Shown in pieces: positions 20,173 through 31,103 of a stretch of DNA of 64,000 nucleotides. A model generated the notes under the pieces. The model was not told the DNA's origin. It did not search any database and saw nothing but the letters and a program-made list of their open reading frames with translations. The translations under genes were made by a program, and so were the position numbers. Source of the DNA: an uncultured delta proteobacterium (GTDB taxonomy: Bacteria; Desulfobacterota; Desulfuromonadia; Geobacterales; DSM-12255); NCBI GenBank assembly GCA_963787125.1, contig CAWBBV010000007.1:384001-448000 (forward strand), written 5' to 3'. Position 1 is the first letter of the stretch. Each line of letters starts with the position of its first letter.

Positions 20173-21903
20173 ATGAGGTTTGAAGAGACAATCATGAGTG
20201 ATGATATTTCGATAGCAGCTGAGGAGTCAGTACCCGGAGTGGTGAGCAAGTCAGAAGTTGCTCTGGCGACGGACATCATGCTGACGATGGTGAAAACCGC
20301 TAAGGGGGTCAAGCTGTACCAGGCCAACAGCCCCCTTCTGGTACAATTTTTTCAGGAGCTGGCGGAAAAAATGTCAGCCATGCTCACTCAATACAGTGAA
20401 TACAAGCTGGATGTTGAGCGATTCGAGCTCAGATACAAGGGGCAACTGGTTTATGAAAACCCCGACATCAAAGAGAGTCTGGCTTTTCGGATGTATTCGG
20501 ATGGTATAAGGTCGATTATCTTCAGGCAGGGTCTTGCCGAGTGGGAACTTAAAGATTTTCTTGAAATAGTCAACATGAACGCCGCCTACTCGGTGGACGA
20601 TGATATTGTCACTCTCCTCTGGGACAAAGGACTGCCACACTTTACTTATATTCTTGAAGACGATTACCAGGAAATTGACAAACAGATTGATGAACAGCTG
20701 GTCGGACTGTCCGCACAAAGGAAAACCCTCTCTGCTTTTCCAAAAGATCCATTCTCTTTGGCAGCACCGCTTGCGGCGATTCCGGACAATCTGTTAGCTG
20801 TTTCAGCCGATAATATGGCCGCTTTGAAGGAATTTATCGAATCTGAAGCGCGACTGAGGCCGCTGGAAGAGAGTGCCAGAATATTGTCTGCCATCCTTTC
20901 GGGCGCTCAGGCCAATGAGCTTTTTACAGAATTTCTCGAAATTTACCTGAAGTTTGCGAGGAATCTCTTTGCTTCCGGCGAGATTGAAGTTGCGCTCAAG
21001 ATGTTTGCTTTCCTCCACAGGAAGGCAACCGCTTCGGAGGCCTCTGCCGAGAGGAGTCGGGCGATTCAGCTTGCACTCGGCAGATTCTGGACGGAAGAAG
21101 CACTCAATGGGCTCTGTAAATGTATTGATACGACTGAGGCGGTTTCTCTTGATGGACTGAAGATAGTGGCGGTCATGATTGGTCAGACTTCCTCGTCGGC
21201 ACTTTGCGAGCTTCTCGGCCTTGTCGGGAAGATGAAGATGCGGAAGGTGTTGATAGATGCATTAATCAATATAGCCAGAGATAACCCGCATATTCTCCTG
21301 CCGTATTTCAAGGATTCCAGATGGTATCTGGTAAGGAATATGGTGACAATCCTTATCCAGCTGAAAAATACCGCCCTGTTGGAGCAGGTAGTCACGCTTA
21401 TCACTCACCGCGAGCTGAGGGTAAGGAAAGAGGTTTTGAAATACCTGTTATCGGTTCCGGACCCAAAGGCTAAGCCTTATATTCTGAAGTTCCTGCGCGA
21501 TGAAGCCTCTTCCATGAGGATTACGGCTGTGCAGCTGATGGGGAGAGCAAGACTGCAGCTCGCGTTGAAACCATTAATTGATTTTGTCAATTCTGAAGCG
21601 TTTGATGTTATAAGCATTTCTGAGAAAAAAGCGGTTTACGAGGCTATTGCCGAGCTTGGCGTTGAAAAAGCGCTGCCGCTCTTCAAAAAAATGCTTACAA
21701 ACAAGTTTCACTTCAACAGGGCTGGGGAGAAAGAGGCTGTTATCTGCGCAGCTGCCGGTCTCCAGAAAATTCCTGGTGAAGAGAGCATAAAGCTGCTGAA
21801 AGAGGCGCTGCGGGCAAAGACCAGGGATCACCACGAGGTCATAATCAGTGCCATCGAGATGCTCGTTAAGGCTGCGCCTGTCTCACTGCAAAAGGAAGAC
21901 TGA
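20173..21903 (+). CDS. HEAT-repeat protein
   Basis: C-terminal HEAT-like repeats (DSRWYLVRNMV, ELRVRKEVLKYL); abuts the HD-GYP gene. Start may be 20194. Confidence 0.75.
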   Translation: MRFEETIMSDDISIAAEESVPGVVSKSEVALATDIMLTMVKTAKGVKLYQANSPLLVQFFQELAEKMSAMLTQYSEYKLDVERFELRYKGQLVYENPDIKESLAFRMYSDGIRSIIFRQGLAEWELKDFLEIVNMNAAYSVDDDIVTLLWDKGLPHFTYILEDDYQEIDKQIDEQLVGLSAQRKTLSAFPKDPFSLAAPLAAIPDNLLAVSADNMAALKEFIESEARLRPLEESARILSAILSGAQANELFTEFLEIYLKFARNLFASGEIEVALKMFAFLHRKATASEASAERSRAIQLALGRFWTEEALNGLCKCIDTTEAVSLDGLKIVAVMIGQTSSSALCELLGLVGKMKMRKVLIDALINIARDNPHILLPYFKDSRWYLVRNMVTILIQLKNTALLEQVVTLITHRELRVRKEVLKYLLSVPDPKAKPYILKFLRDEASSMRITAVQLMGRARLQLALKPLIDFVNSEAFDVISISEKKAVYEAIAELGVEKALPLFKKMLTNKFHFNRAGEKEAVICAAAGLQKIPGEESIKLLKEALRAKTRDHHEVIISAIEMLVKAAPVSLQKED

Positions 21904-23346
21904 ATGGAGACGCTGACAAACCCTGATCAGCTTGAAAAGGTGCTGCTGCAGGCAGGCAGGAGCCTCGTGACCCGTTTTTTTGTGCTGCTTAAAACTGCAC
22001 AAAACTACCGTGAAGGTCATGCTGCCCTGACCGCACCTATCGAGCAGTTCCTGACCGTAATTCGTAACATGCACAAAATGAATGCTGAAGCATCGCTACG
22101 GCTGAAAGGGGGGTATCTGTTTCTCGGCGATCTACGCCTTAAGCCCGATGCTTCCGGTTTTGAAGCCTTCAGGTTTACGATGGAGGAGATGAAGCGCTGT
22201 TTTCTGGGAGCGATGACCTTTGTTCCGGGAGTCGCACCTTCTGATATAATAGGGTTTATCTACACCCTGCTCAAACTTGAAAATACCCAGTCAGAGCCGG
22301 CATTTTCTGAACTGCAGAACCGCATGAACGCTGCCGGTATTAACCGCATCGAGTTGGAAGTTATGACTATGGTGGCCGACTACTCCCTTAGTGACGACGA
22401 TGTCAGGATGGACAGTAAATCACGGGCCAAGCGGATATATTTTCAGGCAATCATTGCCGTCGATGAAATGATGAACGCTGCCACAACAGGGAAAACCCTC
22501 CGCCTTGCCAAGGCCAAAAGGGTTGTTCAGGGGATGGTCGATCAGATTCTTACCGACCCCAGCGATCTGATCGGTCTTACTACTCTTAAATGCCGCGAAA
22601 AATACTCGAGCAACCATCCGGTCAATGTTTGTATCCTTGCCATGATTGTGGGGCTCAAGGCCGGTCTTGCCAAAAGCAGTTGCTGTGAACTCGGGCTGAC
22701 CGCTCTCTGTCATGATATCGGCAAAACAAGGTTATCACCGGAGCTGCTTGATAAAAACACTGAATTTACTCAAAGCGACTGGCTTGAGATGCAGAAACAT
22801 CCGCTACTTGGTGTCAAGCTGCTGCTGGAGTTAAAGCAGTTTGATAATTTGAGCGCCAGAATGATAGCCGTGGCCTTTGAACATCATCTCCTCTACGACT
22901 TCTCTGGCTATCCCAGCGGAGCGTACCAGAAAATGGGACTGTTTGCCCGCATCATAAATGTTGCCGATGATTATGACGCGTTCACTTCAGCAAGGGTTTA
23001 CTCCAGGGCTGCCAAAGAACCGGAAAAGGTTATCCGTTTCATGCTTTCCAGATCCGGCAAGAGCTACGATCCTGTTATCCTCAAACTGTTTGTCGCCGAG
23101 ATCGGCATCTATCCCGTCGGGACATTCCTGCTGCTTAAATCAAAGGAGCTGGCGATTGTAGTCAAAAACAGGCAACCGCCGCTAAGCCTTGCTACCCCTT
23201 GGGTAAAACTGATTACGACTCCTGATGGCGAGGCGATAGATGGTGAAATTGTTGACACTGCCGATATTTCGTCCCCAGAGAGAGCTATTCTGGGCATTAT
23301 CGATGCGGAAAAGCTGTCGATGGATCCTGCCGTATTTTTTGTATAG
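21904..23346 (+). CDS. HD-GYP domain protein (putative cyclic dinucleotide phosphodiesterase)
   Basis: NHPVNV...CHDIGK...KHPLLG...EHHLLYDFSGYP...ARIINVADDYDA...YPVGT. Confidence 0.85.
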   Translation: METLTNPDQLEKVLLQAGRSLVTRFFVLLKTAQNYREGHAALTAPIEQFLTVIRNMHKMNAEASLRLKGGYLFLGDLRLKPDASGFEAFRFTMEEMKRCFLGAMTFVPGVAPSDIIGFIYTLLKLENTQSEPAFSELQNRMNAAGINRIELEVMTMVADYSLSDDDVRMDSKSRAKRIYFQAIIAVDEMMNAATTGKTLRLAKAKRVVQGMVDQILTDPSDLIGLTTLKCREKYSSNHPVNVCILAMIVGLKAGLAKSSCCELGLTALCHDIGKTRLSPELLDKNTEFTQSDWLEMQKHPLLGVKLLLELKQFDNLSARMIAVAFEHHLLYDFSGYPSGAYQKMGLFARIINVADDYDAFTSARVYSRAAKEPEKVIRFMLSRSGKSYDPVILKLFVAEIGIYPVGTFLLLKSKELAIVVKNRQPPLSLATPWVKLITTPDGEAIDGEIVDTADISSPERAILGIIDAEKLSMDPAVFFV

Positions 23347-23393
23347 TTGCCAGGTATGAACAGCTTGATCCTCCAGATCGGGCAAACTTTATA

Positions 23394-23446
23394 TTGACAA
23401 AACAACGCATCTTTACCACAATCTAGCTAGTTAAGCTGGCTAGATT
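23394..23446 (+). promoter_or_regulatory. sigma70 promoter and autoregulatory operator of TA module 1
   Basis: TTGACA (23394), 17 bp, CACAAT (23417), overlapped by the inverted repeat AATCTAGCTAG-TTAAG-CTGGCTAGATT (23420-23446). Confidence 0.7.
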
Positions 23447-23462
23447 TATAAGGAGGCAAAGT

Positions 23463-23723
23463 ATGAGATCTGAATCGTGGCGCTTACAGGATGCCAAAAA
23501 TCAGTTCAGTAAAGTAGTTGAGGCGGCACTTCATGGTGAACCGCAGCATGTGACCCGGCGTGGGCGTGAAGTGGTGGTAATTGTGGCAGCTGATGAATAT
23601 GTACGACTTGAAAAGTTCAAGGCTGCCTCTATGCCCCGGTTTGTGGATCATTTGCTGGCGCTTCCAAAGGATGATGTTGAGTTTGAAAGGTTGCCGTTTA
23701 ATTCCCGCGAGGTTGAATTCTGA
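23463..23723 (+). CDS. Phd/YefM family antitoxin
   Basis: W.LQDAKNQFSKVVEAA..GEPQHVTRRG; AGGAGG RBS; stop overlaps the toxin start. Confidence 0.9.
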   Translation: MRSESWRLQDAKNQFSKVVEAALHGEPQHVTRRGREVVVIVAADEYVRLEKFKAASMPRFVDHLLALPKDDVEFERLPFNSREVEF

Positions 23724-24145
23724 TGTGGCTTCTCGATACGATGGTTATTTCCGAACTTCGCAAGCGAACTCCTGACCAAAATGTTGTCAACTGGCTCTCT
23801 TTGGCCCCCGAAAAAAGTCTCTTTCTCAGCGTAGTGGCCATAAGTGAAATTCAGCGCGGCATAGCTTTGCAACGGAATAAAGATGCTCTCTTTGCCGGGC
23901 GGCTGCAATCTTGGCTGGACGAGATGATGCGGAATTATGGTGATCGTGTGCTGCCGGTTACTCCGGAAATTGCCTGCCTTTGGGGAGAGCTCACTGCACG
24001 CGTTGGTCATGACGGCGCTGATGTTCTAATCGCTGCCACTGCTCTTCAGCATGGTTTGTCCGTGGTGACCCGAAATGAGCGACATTTCAGCCCGTTTTCA
24101 GTTCCGGTTCTGAATCCTTACGACTACAACATATTGAAAAATTGA
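23723..24145 (+). CDS. vapC: VapC (PIN domain) toxin
   Basis: WLLDTMVISE...SEIQRG...DVLIAATA...VTRNERHF. Confidence 0.9.
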   Translation: MWLLDTMVISELRKRTPDQNVVNWLSLAPEKSLFLSVVAISEIQRGIALQRNKDALFAGRLQSWLDEMMRNYGDRVLPVTPEIACLWGELTARVGHDGADVLIAATALQHGLSVVTRNERHFSPFSVPVLNPYDYNILKN

Positions 24146-24207
24146 TGCCCCGTTTTTGTGCGTTAAATCCCCCGCCTGCAATCATCTATTCCCTCTTTAA
24201 AGTTGCT

Positions 24208-24364
24208 CCTGATTAGTGCTAATCATCCGCAGTAATGAGCTTACGACATATTCTGTCATAGGTGTATGTTCGGTACACGGTAATAAACCTCTAAGGAGAT
24301 TACCGTGAAGAACAAAATTCAGTTTCAGCCTGGTTTAAGCCTAAGTCAATTCATTCACCAGTAA
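24208..24364 (+). pseudogene. Remnant of IS1595-family element (left end plus first 19 codons of transposase)
   Basis: AAGGAG RBS, then GTG 24305 reading MKNKIQFQPGLSLSQFIHQ-stop. This resembles the 'N.xQFQ.GLS..F...YG' N-terminus I recall for IS1595/ISSod11-group transposases. CCTGATTAG at 24208 is the candidate terminal repeat. Confidence 0.6.
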
Positions 24365-24438
24365 GGGTCGTGCTTAACAAAGGATGTCCTTGTTGTGAGC
24401 ATTCTCGCTAGAACACTACGATGCCGCCAACATAGTCC

Positions 24439-24476
24439 TTGTCATTTTTACCCTTTCTGATATTCTGAATTCAGAA
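24439..24476 (+). promoter_or_regulatory. Promoter and operator of TA module 2
   Basis: TTGTCA (24439), extended -10 TGaTATTCT (24458-24466) and the perfect palindrome TTCTGAATTCAGAA (24463-24476). Confidence 0.6.
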
Positions 24477-24489
24477 ATTAGAGGTTCCC

Positions 24490-24780
24490 ATGAAAGCAGC
24501 GGCTTGTTACAAGACAGAGGTTCGGCAAAGGGGCCAAGTGACCATACCGAAACGGATTCGTGACGCCAGCGGGTTTGATGAAGGGTGCGCAGTCACCATC
24601 ATCTCCTTGGGAGAGAGCATCTTATTGACTCCTAAGCGGCTTGAACTTGACGAAGCTCGGCGGGAGATCAGGAAAATCGTCCGCGCGACCGGGATGTCGG
24701 CTGACAAGGTTTTAGCCGGACTTGGCGAGGAGCGGCAATCGCTCTTTGAGGAACTGTATGGCGCGAAAAACCCCGAATAA
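24490..24780 (+). CDS. AbrB/MazE/SpoVT-family antitoxin
   Basis: TEVRQRGQVTIPKRIRD..G swapped-hairpin signature. Confidence 0.85.
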   Translation: MKAAACYKTEVRQRGQVTIPKRIRDASGFDEGCAVTIISLGESILLTPKRLELDEARREIRKIVRATGMSADKVLAGLGEERQSLFEELYGAKNPE

Positions 24781-25216
24781 CCGCGTTTTCCTCGACTCCA
24801 ATGTAATCATCTCCGGCCTCCTATCAGACAAGGGCGCCCCTCGAATAATTCTCGATCTGCTTTGCCTGCATCTTCCCCATCTCAACGGGCTGACCGGTCG
24901 TTACAACTTGCTGGAGGTTGAGCGGAACCTGCAACGCAAGCTGCCATTGGCCCTACCGGTTTTTCACGAATACTTCCCGCGCATGAATATGGAGATCATA
25001 CCCCTGCCGACGCCCATGGAACTTGACCCGTGGTTTGGCATCACCGCCGACAAGGACGTGCCGGTGATCGTTTCTGCAATCATTGGGAAAGCGGATTTTC
25101 TTGTAACCGGCGACCACAAGGACTTTGGATCGTTAAAGACGAATAAGAGATTGCCGTTCAGGATAGTTACTCCAAGCGAGTTTGTAGATTGTGTCAGTAG
25201 TCTGGTCGGGCAGTAA
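24758..25216 (+). CDS. PIN-domain toxin (PIN_3-like)
   Basis: RVFLDSNVIISG...E...DKDVPVIVSA...ADFLVTGDHKDF...IVTPSEF; overlaps the antitoxin 3' end. Confidence 0.85.
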   Translation: MARKTPNNRVFLDSNVIISGLLSDKGAPRIILDLLCLHLPHLNGLTGRYNLLEVERNLQRKLPLALPVFHEYFPRMNMEIIPLPTPMELDPWFGITADKDVPVIVSAIIGKADFLVTGDHKDFGSLKTNKRLPFRIVTPSEFVDCVSSLVGQ

Positions 25217-25292
25217 GAGAATCGGGATGGGGGAATGCCACTGGCGGAATTTTGAAATCGTATAAAGCGAGGCCTTTAAGAGGTGATAGCCC

Positions 25293-25339
25293 GCAGTAAA
25301 GGCGAGGAGACAGAGAATCTGTCTCCTCGCCTTTACTGC
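25293..25339. terminator. Perfect 22-bp hairpin between convergent genes (probable bidirectional terminator)
   Basis: GCAGTAAAGGCGAGGAGACAGA-GAA-TCTGTCTCCTCGCCTTTACTGC. Confidence 0.7.
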
Positions 25340-25370
25340 CCATATGTGCGAAATGTAAATTAGAAATGTG

Positions 25371-26495
25371 CTACCCCTTGCTCTTCCCCTTCTCCTCACT
25401 CAGATACCCCGCCAGAAACTCCCGTTTATAATCCATGAAGCACCCTGCCTCAATACTTTCCCGGATTTCAGCCATCATCTTCAGATAGAAGTGGACATTG
25501 TGAATGCTGGCAAGGATGGCGGAGAGGACTTCGTTGGCGTTGAAGAGGTGGTGGATGTATGCACGGCTGAAGTTGGTGCAGGCGTAGCAGGAGCAGCTCG
25601 GGTCGATGGGGTAGAAGTCGCGGCGATAGTTCTTGTTGGTGAGGCGGATTCTGCCCCTGCGGGTGAAAAGGGTGGCGCTCCTTGCGTAGCGGGTCGGGAT
25701 GACGCAGTCGAACATATCCATGCCCCGCTCGACACTCTCAAGAATATCCTCAGGCAGACCGACCCCCATCAGATAACGGGGTTTATCCTCAGGCAGAAAC
25801 GGAGCGGTCATGGCAACGACTTTTTTAAGCAGCTCCAGCCCTTCACCGACCGATACCCCACCGATGGCATAGCCGGGGAAATCCATGTCCACCATCTCCC
25901 GGGCGCACATCTTGCGCAGATCTTCATAGACGCTCCCCTGGACAATGCCGAACAGCGCCTGATCCTTGCGGGTCTGGGCTTTCAGGCACTGCTCTGCCCA
26001 GCGGAGAGTTTTTCTGGTTGAATCCGTGGCATATTTTTTGTCGCAAGGGTAGGGGATGCACTCGTCAAAGGCCATGATGATGTCGGCGCCGAGTGCCTCC
26101 TGGATGGCAATAGCCCGGGCCGGGTCAAGGTAAACCTCCTCGCCGGTGATTTCGTGTTTGAAATAAGCGCCGTCTTCGGTTATCCGTTTATTGGGGAGCG
26201 AGAAGACCTGAAAACCGCCCGAATCGGTCAGGATCGGCTTGTCCCAGGCCATGAACTTGTGGAGCCCGCCAGCCTTCTCAATCAAACCTTCGCCGGGACG
26301 CAGGTGGAGATGGTAGGTGTTGGAAAGGATTATCTGGGCACCGGTGGCAGTAACCTGCTCCGGAGTCATCGCCTTCATGGCGGCGTGGGTGCCGACCGGC
26401 ATGAAAATCGGGGTTTCAATGGTGCCGTGGGGAGTTTCGAGGCGACCGCGTCTGGCGGCACTGCCGGAGTCTTTTTTAATAAGAGTGAATTTCAT
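25371..26495 (-). CDS. tgt: tRNA-guanine transglycosylase
   Basis: ETPIFMPVGT, NTYHL, TDSGGFQVFSL, GIVQG, DMFDCVIPTR and Zn site CSCYAC...HN. Confidence 0.96.
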   Translation of the reverse strand: MKFTLIKKDSGSAARRGRLETPHGTIETPIFMPVGTHAAMKAMTPEQVTATGAQIILSNTYHLHLRPGEGLIEKAGGLHKFMAWDKPILTDSGGFQVFSLPNKRITEDGAYFKHEITGEEVYLDPARAIAIQEALGADIIMAFDECIPYPCDKKYATDSTRKTLRWAEQCLKAQTRKDQALFGIVQGSVYEDLRKMCAREMVDMDFPGYAIGGVSVGEGLELLKKVVAMTAPFLPEDKPRYLMGVGLPEDILESVERGMDMFDCVIPTRYARSATLFTRRGRIRLTNKNYRRDFYPIDPSCSCYACTNFSRAYIHHLFNANEVLSAILASIHNVHFYLKMMAEIRESIEAGCFMDYKREFLAGYLSEEKGKSKG

Positions 26496-26627
26496 GGGTG
26501 AATTGAACCTTCCGGATTAATTTAGGCGCTAAGTTTTGCGGGATTATCCGCCATCATTGCGGGGGTGTCAAGAAGCGCGGCTTCATTTGGGCGCCAGAGA
26601 GACAGAATTGTTACTGCTTCTGGACAC

Positions 26628-26673
26628 TGTATACAATATTTATGTTGATTTTTTCTAAAACTTTGCTTAGTAT
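26628..26673 (+). promoter_or_regulatory. Putative sigma70 promoter of frdCAB with an upstream palindrome
   Basis: TTGATT (26645), 17 bp, TAGTAT (26668); palindrome TGTATACA at 26628-26635. Confidence 0.5.
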
Positions 26674-26873
26674 TCGTTCGCAAATTTCAGGATTTATCTC
26701 TGTTTTATAAAGCTGTTTCTGCAAGCAACCACATTTCGCGAAAGGCAGGGATAATGCAAAAATTCAGCAGCTTACGAGGTCCTCCCTAGAATCTTCAACC
26801 AAATTTAGTTTTATCAACTTTTAGCAGGAACAATTCACCCAGCAGTAAATCTCTAGCAGAAAGGGAAAGAAAC

Positions 26874-27539
26874 ATGCAAATACTCAAGAGTGTCGTGGGA
26901 AGAAAGGTTTTCATGGCGATCACCGGCCAGTGCATGGTCCTGTTCGCCGTTGTCCACATGTTGGGCAATTCATCCATTTTCGTTGGGCCTGACGGCATCA
27001 ACGCCTATGCAAAGCATCTGCATGACCTGGGGGCGCTGGTATGGCTCTTTCGCGGCGGACTGTTTGCGCTTGTGTCAGTCCATATTCTTTTTGGAATTCA
27101 GCTGACACTGGAGAACAGTGCAGCCAATCCGACCGGATATGCTGTCAAGAAGCAGCTGAAAGCAACCTTTGCCAGCTCAACCATGATCTGGACAGGGACC
27201 ATCCTTGCACTGTTCATCATCGGACATATTCTGCACTTTACTGCCAGAGTAACTCCTGGTGTCGTCCAGGGCGTCGATGCTTTGGGTCGCTTCGATGTCT
27301 TTGCCATGGTGGTATCGGCATTCAGGAACGGCGGCGTTGCTGCTCTTTACCTCTTGGCAATGTGCGCTCTTTTCTTGCATCTTTCACACGGCATTCAAAG
27401 CTTTTTCCAGACAATGGGATGGAACACTGATAAAACCCAGTGCACTATTTCTGCAGTTGGTAAAGCTGTTGCCTTCATCCTGCTCGCCGGTTATGCGGTA
27501 ATTCCGCTCTCCATCATGGCCAGCGCTTTGATTAAATAG
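26874..27539 (+). CDS. frdC: Succinate dehydrogenase/fumarate reductase cytochrome b subunit
   Basis: S.VGRK..MAITG, 5 TMs and His ligands (VHMLGN, VHI, GHILHF, LHLSHG..S.FQT.G). Confidence 0.92.
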   Translation: MQILKSVVGRKVFMAITGQCMVLFAVVHMLGNSSIFVGPDGINAYAKHLHDLGALVWLFRGGLFALVSVHILFGIQLTLENSAANPTGYAVKKQLKATFASSTMIWTGTILALFIIGHILHFTARVTPGVVQGVDALGRFDVFAMVVSAFRNGGVAALYLLAMCALFLHLSHGIQSFFQTMGWNTDKTQCTISAVGKAVAFILLAGYAVIPLSIMASALIK

Positions 27540-27549
27540 GGGGTTCAGA

Positions 27550-29465
<1,916 letters not shown>

Positions 29466-29466
<1 letters not shown>

Positions 29467-30230
29467 TGAGCGATCACAATTCCAATACCATGAATCTCAC
29501 CCTCCATGTCTGGCGTCAGAAGGGACCAAGCGCACCGGGCAAGCTGGAGACTTACGAAGCAAAGCATGTCAGCCCGGACATGTCCTTTCTGGAGATGGTC
29601 GATGAAGTCAACGAGACCCTGATCAAGAAAGGCGTCGATCCGATAGCCTTTGACCATGACTGCCGCGAAGGCATCTGCGGGATGTGTTCCATGGTTGTTA
29701 ACGGCGTCCCTCATGGCGGCCAGGACCGTACCACTGTCTGCCAGCTGCATATGCGTTCGTTCAAAAACGGCGACAGCATTTTTATCGAGCCGTGGAGGGC
29801 CACTGCCTTTCCGATAATCAAGGACCTGGTTGTTGACCGTAGCGCCCTTGATACCATCATTCAGGCTGGCGGCTACACTTCCTGTCACACCGGCGGAATT
29901 CCCGATGGCAATGCTATCCTGATTCCGAAACCGGAAGCGGATTACGCCATGGACGCTGCCGAGTGCATCGGTTGCGGCGCTTGTGTCGCCGGCTGCCCGA
30001 ACGGTTCGGCAATGCTCTTTACCAGTGGCAAGGTTGCACAACTTGCAGCTCTGCCCCAAGGCAAGGCTGAAGCGTCAGCACGGGTTCATGCCATGACCGA
30101 AGCTCTCAAGGATTGCGGTTTTGGTAACTGTACCAATCACTACGAGTGTCAGGCATCCTGTCCAAAAGGGGTAAACGTCAAGTTTATCGCCAAGCTGAAC
30201 AGAGAGTATCTGAAAGCTATTGCCTGCTAG
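29466..30230 (+). CDS. frdB: Fumarate reductase/succinate dehydrogenase Fe-S subunit
   Basis: [22 protein letters not shown] and [12 protein letters not shown]. Confidence 0.96.
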
Positions 30231-30255
30231 GGATTAAGCTTTAGTTGCAGTAACT

Positions 30256-30290
30256 AGAGGGGCGGGTCTTTTGGGCCCGCCCCTCTTTTT
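30256..30290 (+). terminator. Intrinsic terminator after frdB
   Basis: AGAGGGGCGGG...CCCGCCCCTCT followed by a T-run. Confidence 0.85.
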
Positions 30291-30297
30291 GTCTGTT

Positions 30298-30321
30298 TAC
30301 TTGACTAAATTGGTGGGGTAT
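30298..30321 (+). promoter_or_regulatory. Possible IscR/Rrf2-type operator upstream of cysE
   Basis: TACTTGACTAAATTGGTGGGGTAT resembles the IscR type-1 box (ATASYYGACTRWWWYAGTCRRSTAT). Confidence 0.45.
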
Positions 30322-30361
30322 GCTAACCACGAGGTTGTGGGTGAATTAGAGGAGGTGGCAG

Positions 30362-31033
30362 ATGTTTTCCCGAATGAAAGAGGATATTGACTCGGTCTTT
30401 GACCGTGATCCGGCGGCGCGCAATGTAGTGGAGGTTCTTTTCTGTTATCCGGGGCTCCACGCCATCTGGATGCACCGGATTGCTCACTGGTTCTGGACCC
30501 ACGACCTGCTGTTTCTGGGGCGCTTCACTTCACAGGTATCCCGCTTTATCACCGGCATTGAGATTCACCCCGGCGCAAAAATAGGGCGTAAATTCTTCAT
30601 CGATCACGGTATGGGTGTGGTTGTCGGCGAAACCGCCGAGATTGGCGATAATGTCACCATGTATCACGGCGTCACCCTTGGTGGCGTGACCTGGGACAAG
30701 GTGAAGCGCCATCCGACCATCGGTGATAATGTGGTTATCGGTTCCGGTGCGAAAGTTCTCGGCCCTTTCACCGTCGGCGCCAACAGCAAGATCGGTTCAA
30801 ACTCGGTCGTGGTAAAAGAAGTCCCGCCCAACTCCTCGGTTGTCGGCATCCCCGGCAGAGTAGTTATGACCGAAGGGCAGCAACCGGTAAAACCGGATCT
30901 GCAGCACGGTATTATGCCTGATCCGGAGGCAAAGGCGATTTCCTGCCTCTTTGACCAGATTCGCGAACTGGACAGAAAATACAGTGCTCTTGCCGGTGAG
31001 CATGAGGCGCTGAAGAAGAAGCTTCCTGAGTAG
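30362..31033 (+). CDS. cysE: Serine O-acetyltransferase
   Basis: DRDPAAR...[32 protein letters not shown], and KRHPTIG hexapeptide repeats. Confidence 0.95.
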   Translation: MFSRMKEDIDSVFDRDPAARNVVEVLFCYPGLHAIWMHRIAHWFWTHDLLFLGRFTSQVSRFITGIEIHPGAKIGRKFFIDHGMGVVVGETAEIGDNVTMYHGVTLGGVTWDKVKRHPTIGDNVVIGSGAKVLGPFTVGANSKIGSNSVVVKEVPPNSSVVGIPGRVVMTEGQQPVKPDLQHGIMPDPEAKAISCLFDQIRELDRKYSALAGEHEALKKKLPE

Positions 31034-31058
31034 GGCTATACAGTCGGTATAGATTTAT

Positions 31059-31085
31059 CGGGAGGTCGCAAGACTTCCCGTTTTT
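31059..31085 (+). terminator. Intrinsic terminator between cysE and mnmA
   Basis: CGGGAGGTC-GCAA-GACTTCCCG-TTTTT. Confidence 0.75.
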
Positions 31086-31103
31086 GTTTGGAGAATCTGA
31101 GTG

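Noticed and set aside
25368..26021. 217-aa plus-strand ORF after the TA islet
   Set aside because: Antisense to tgt, not a third islet gene.
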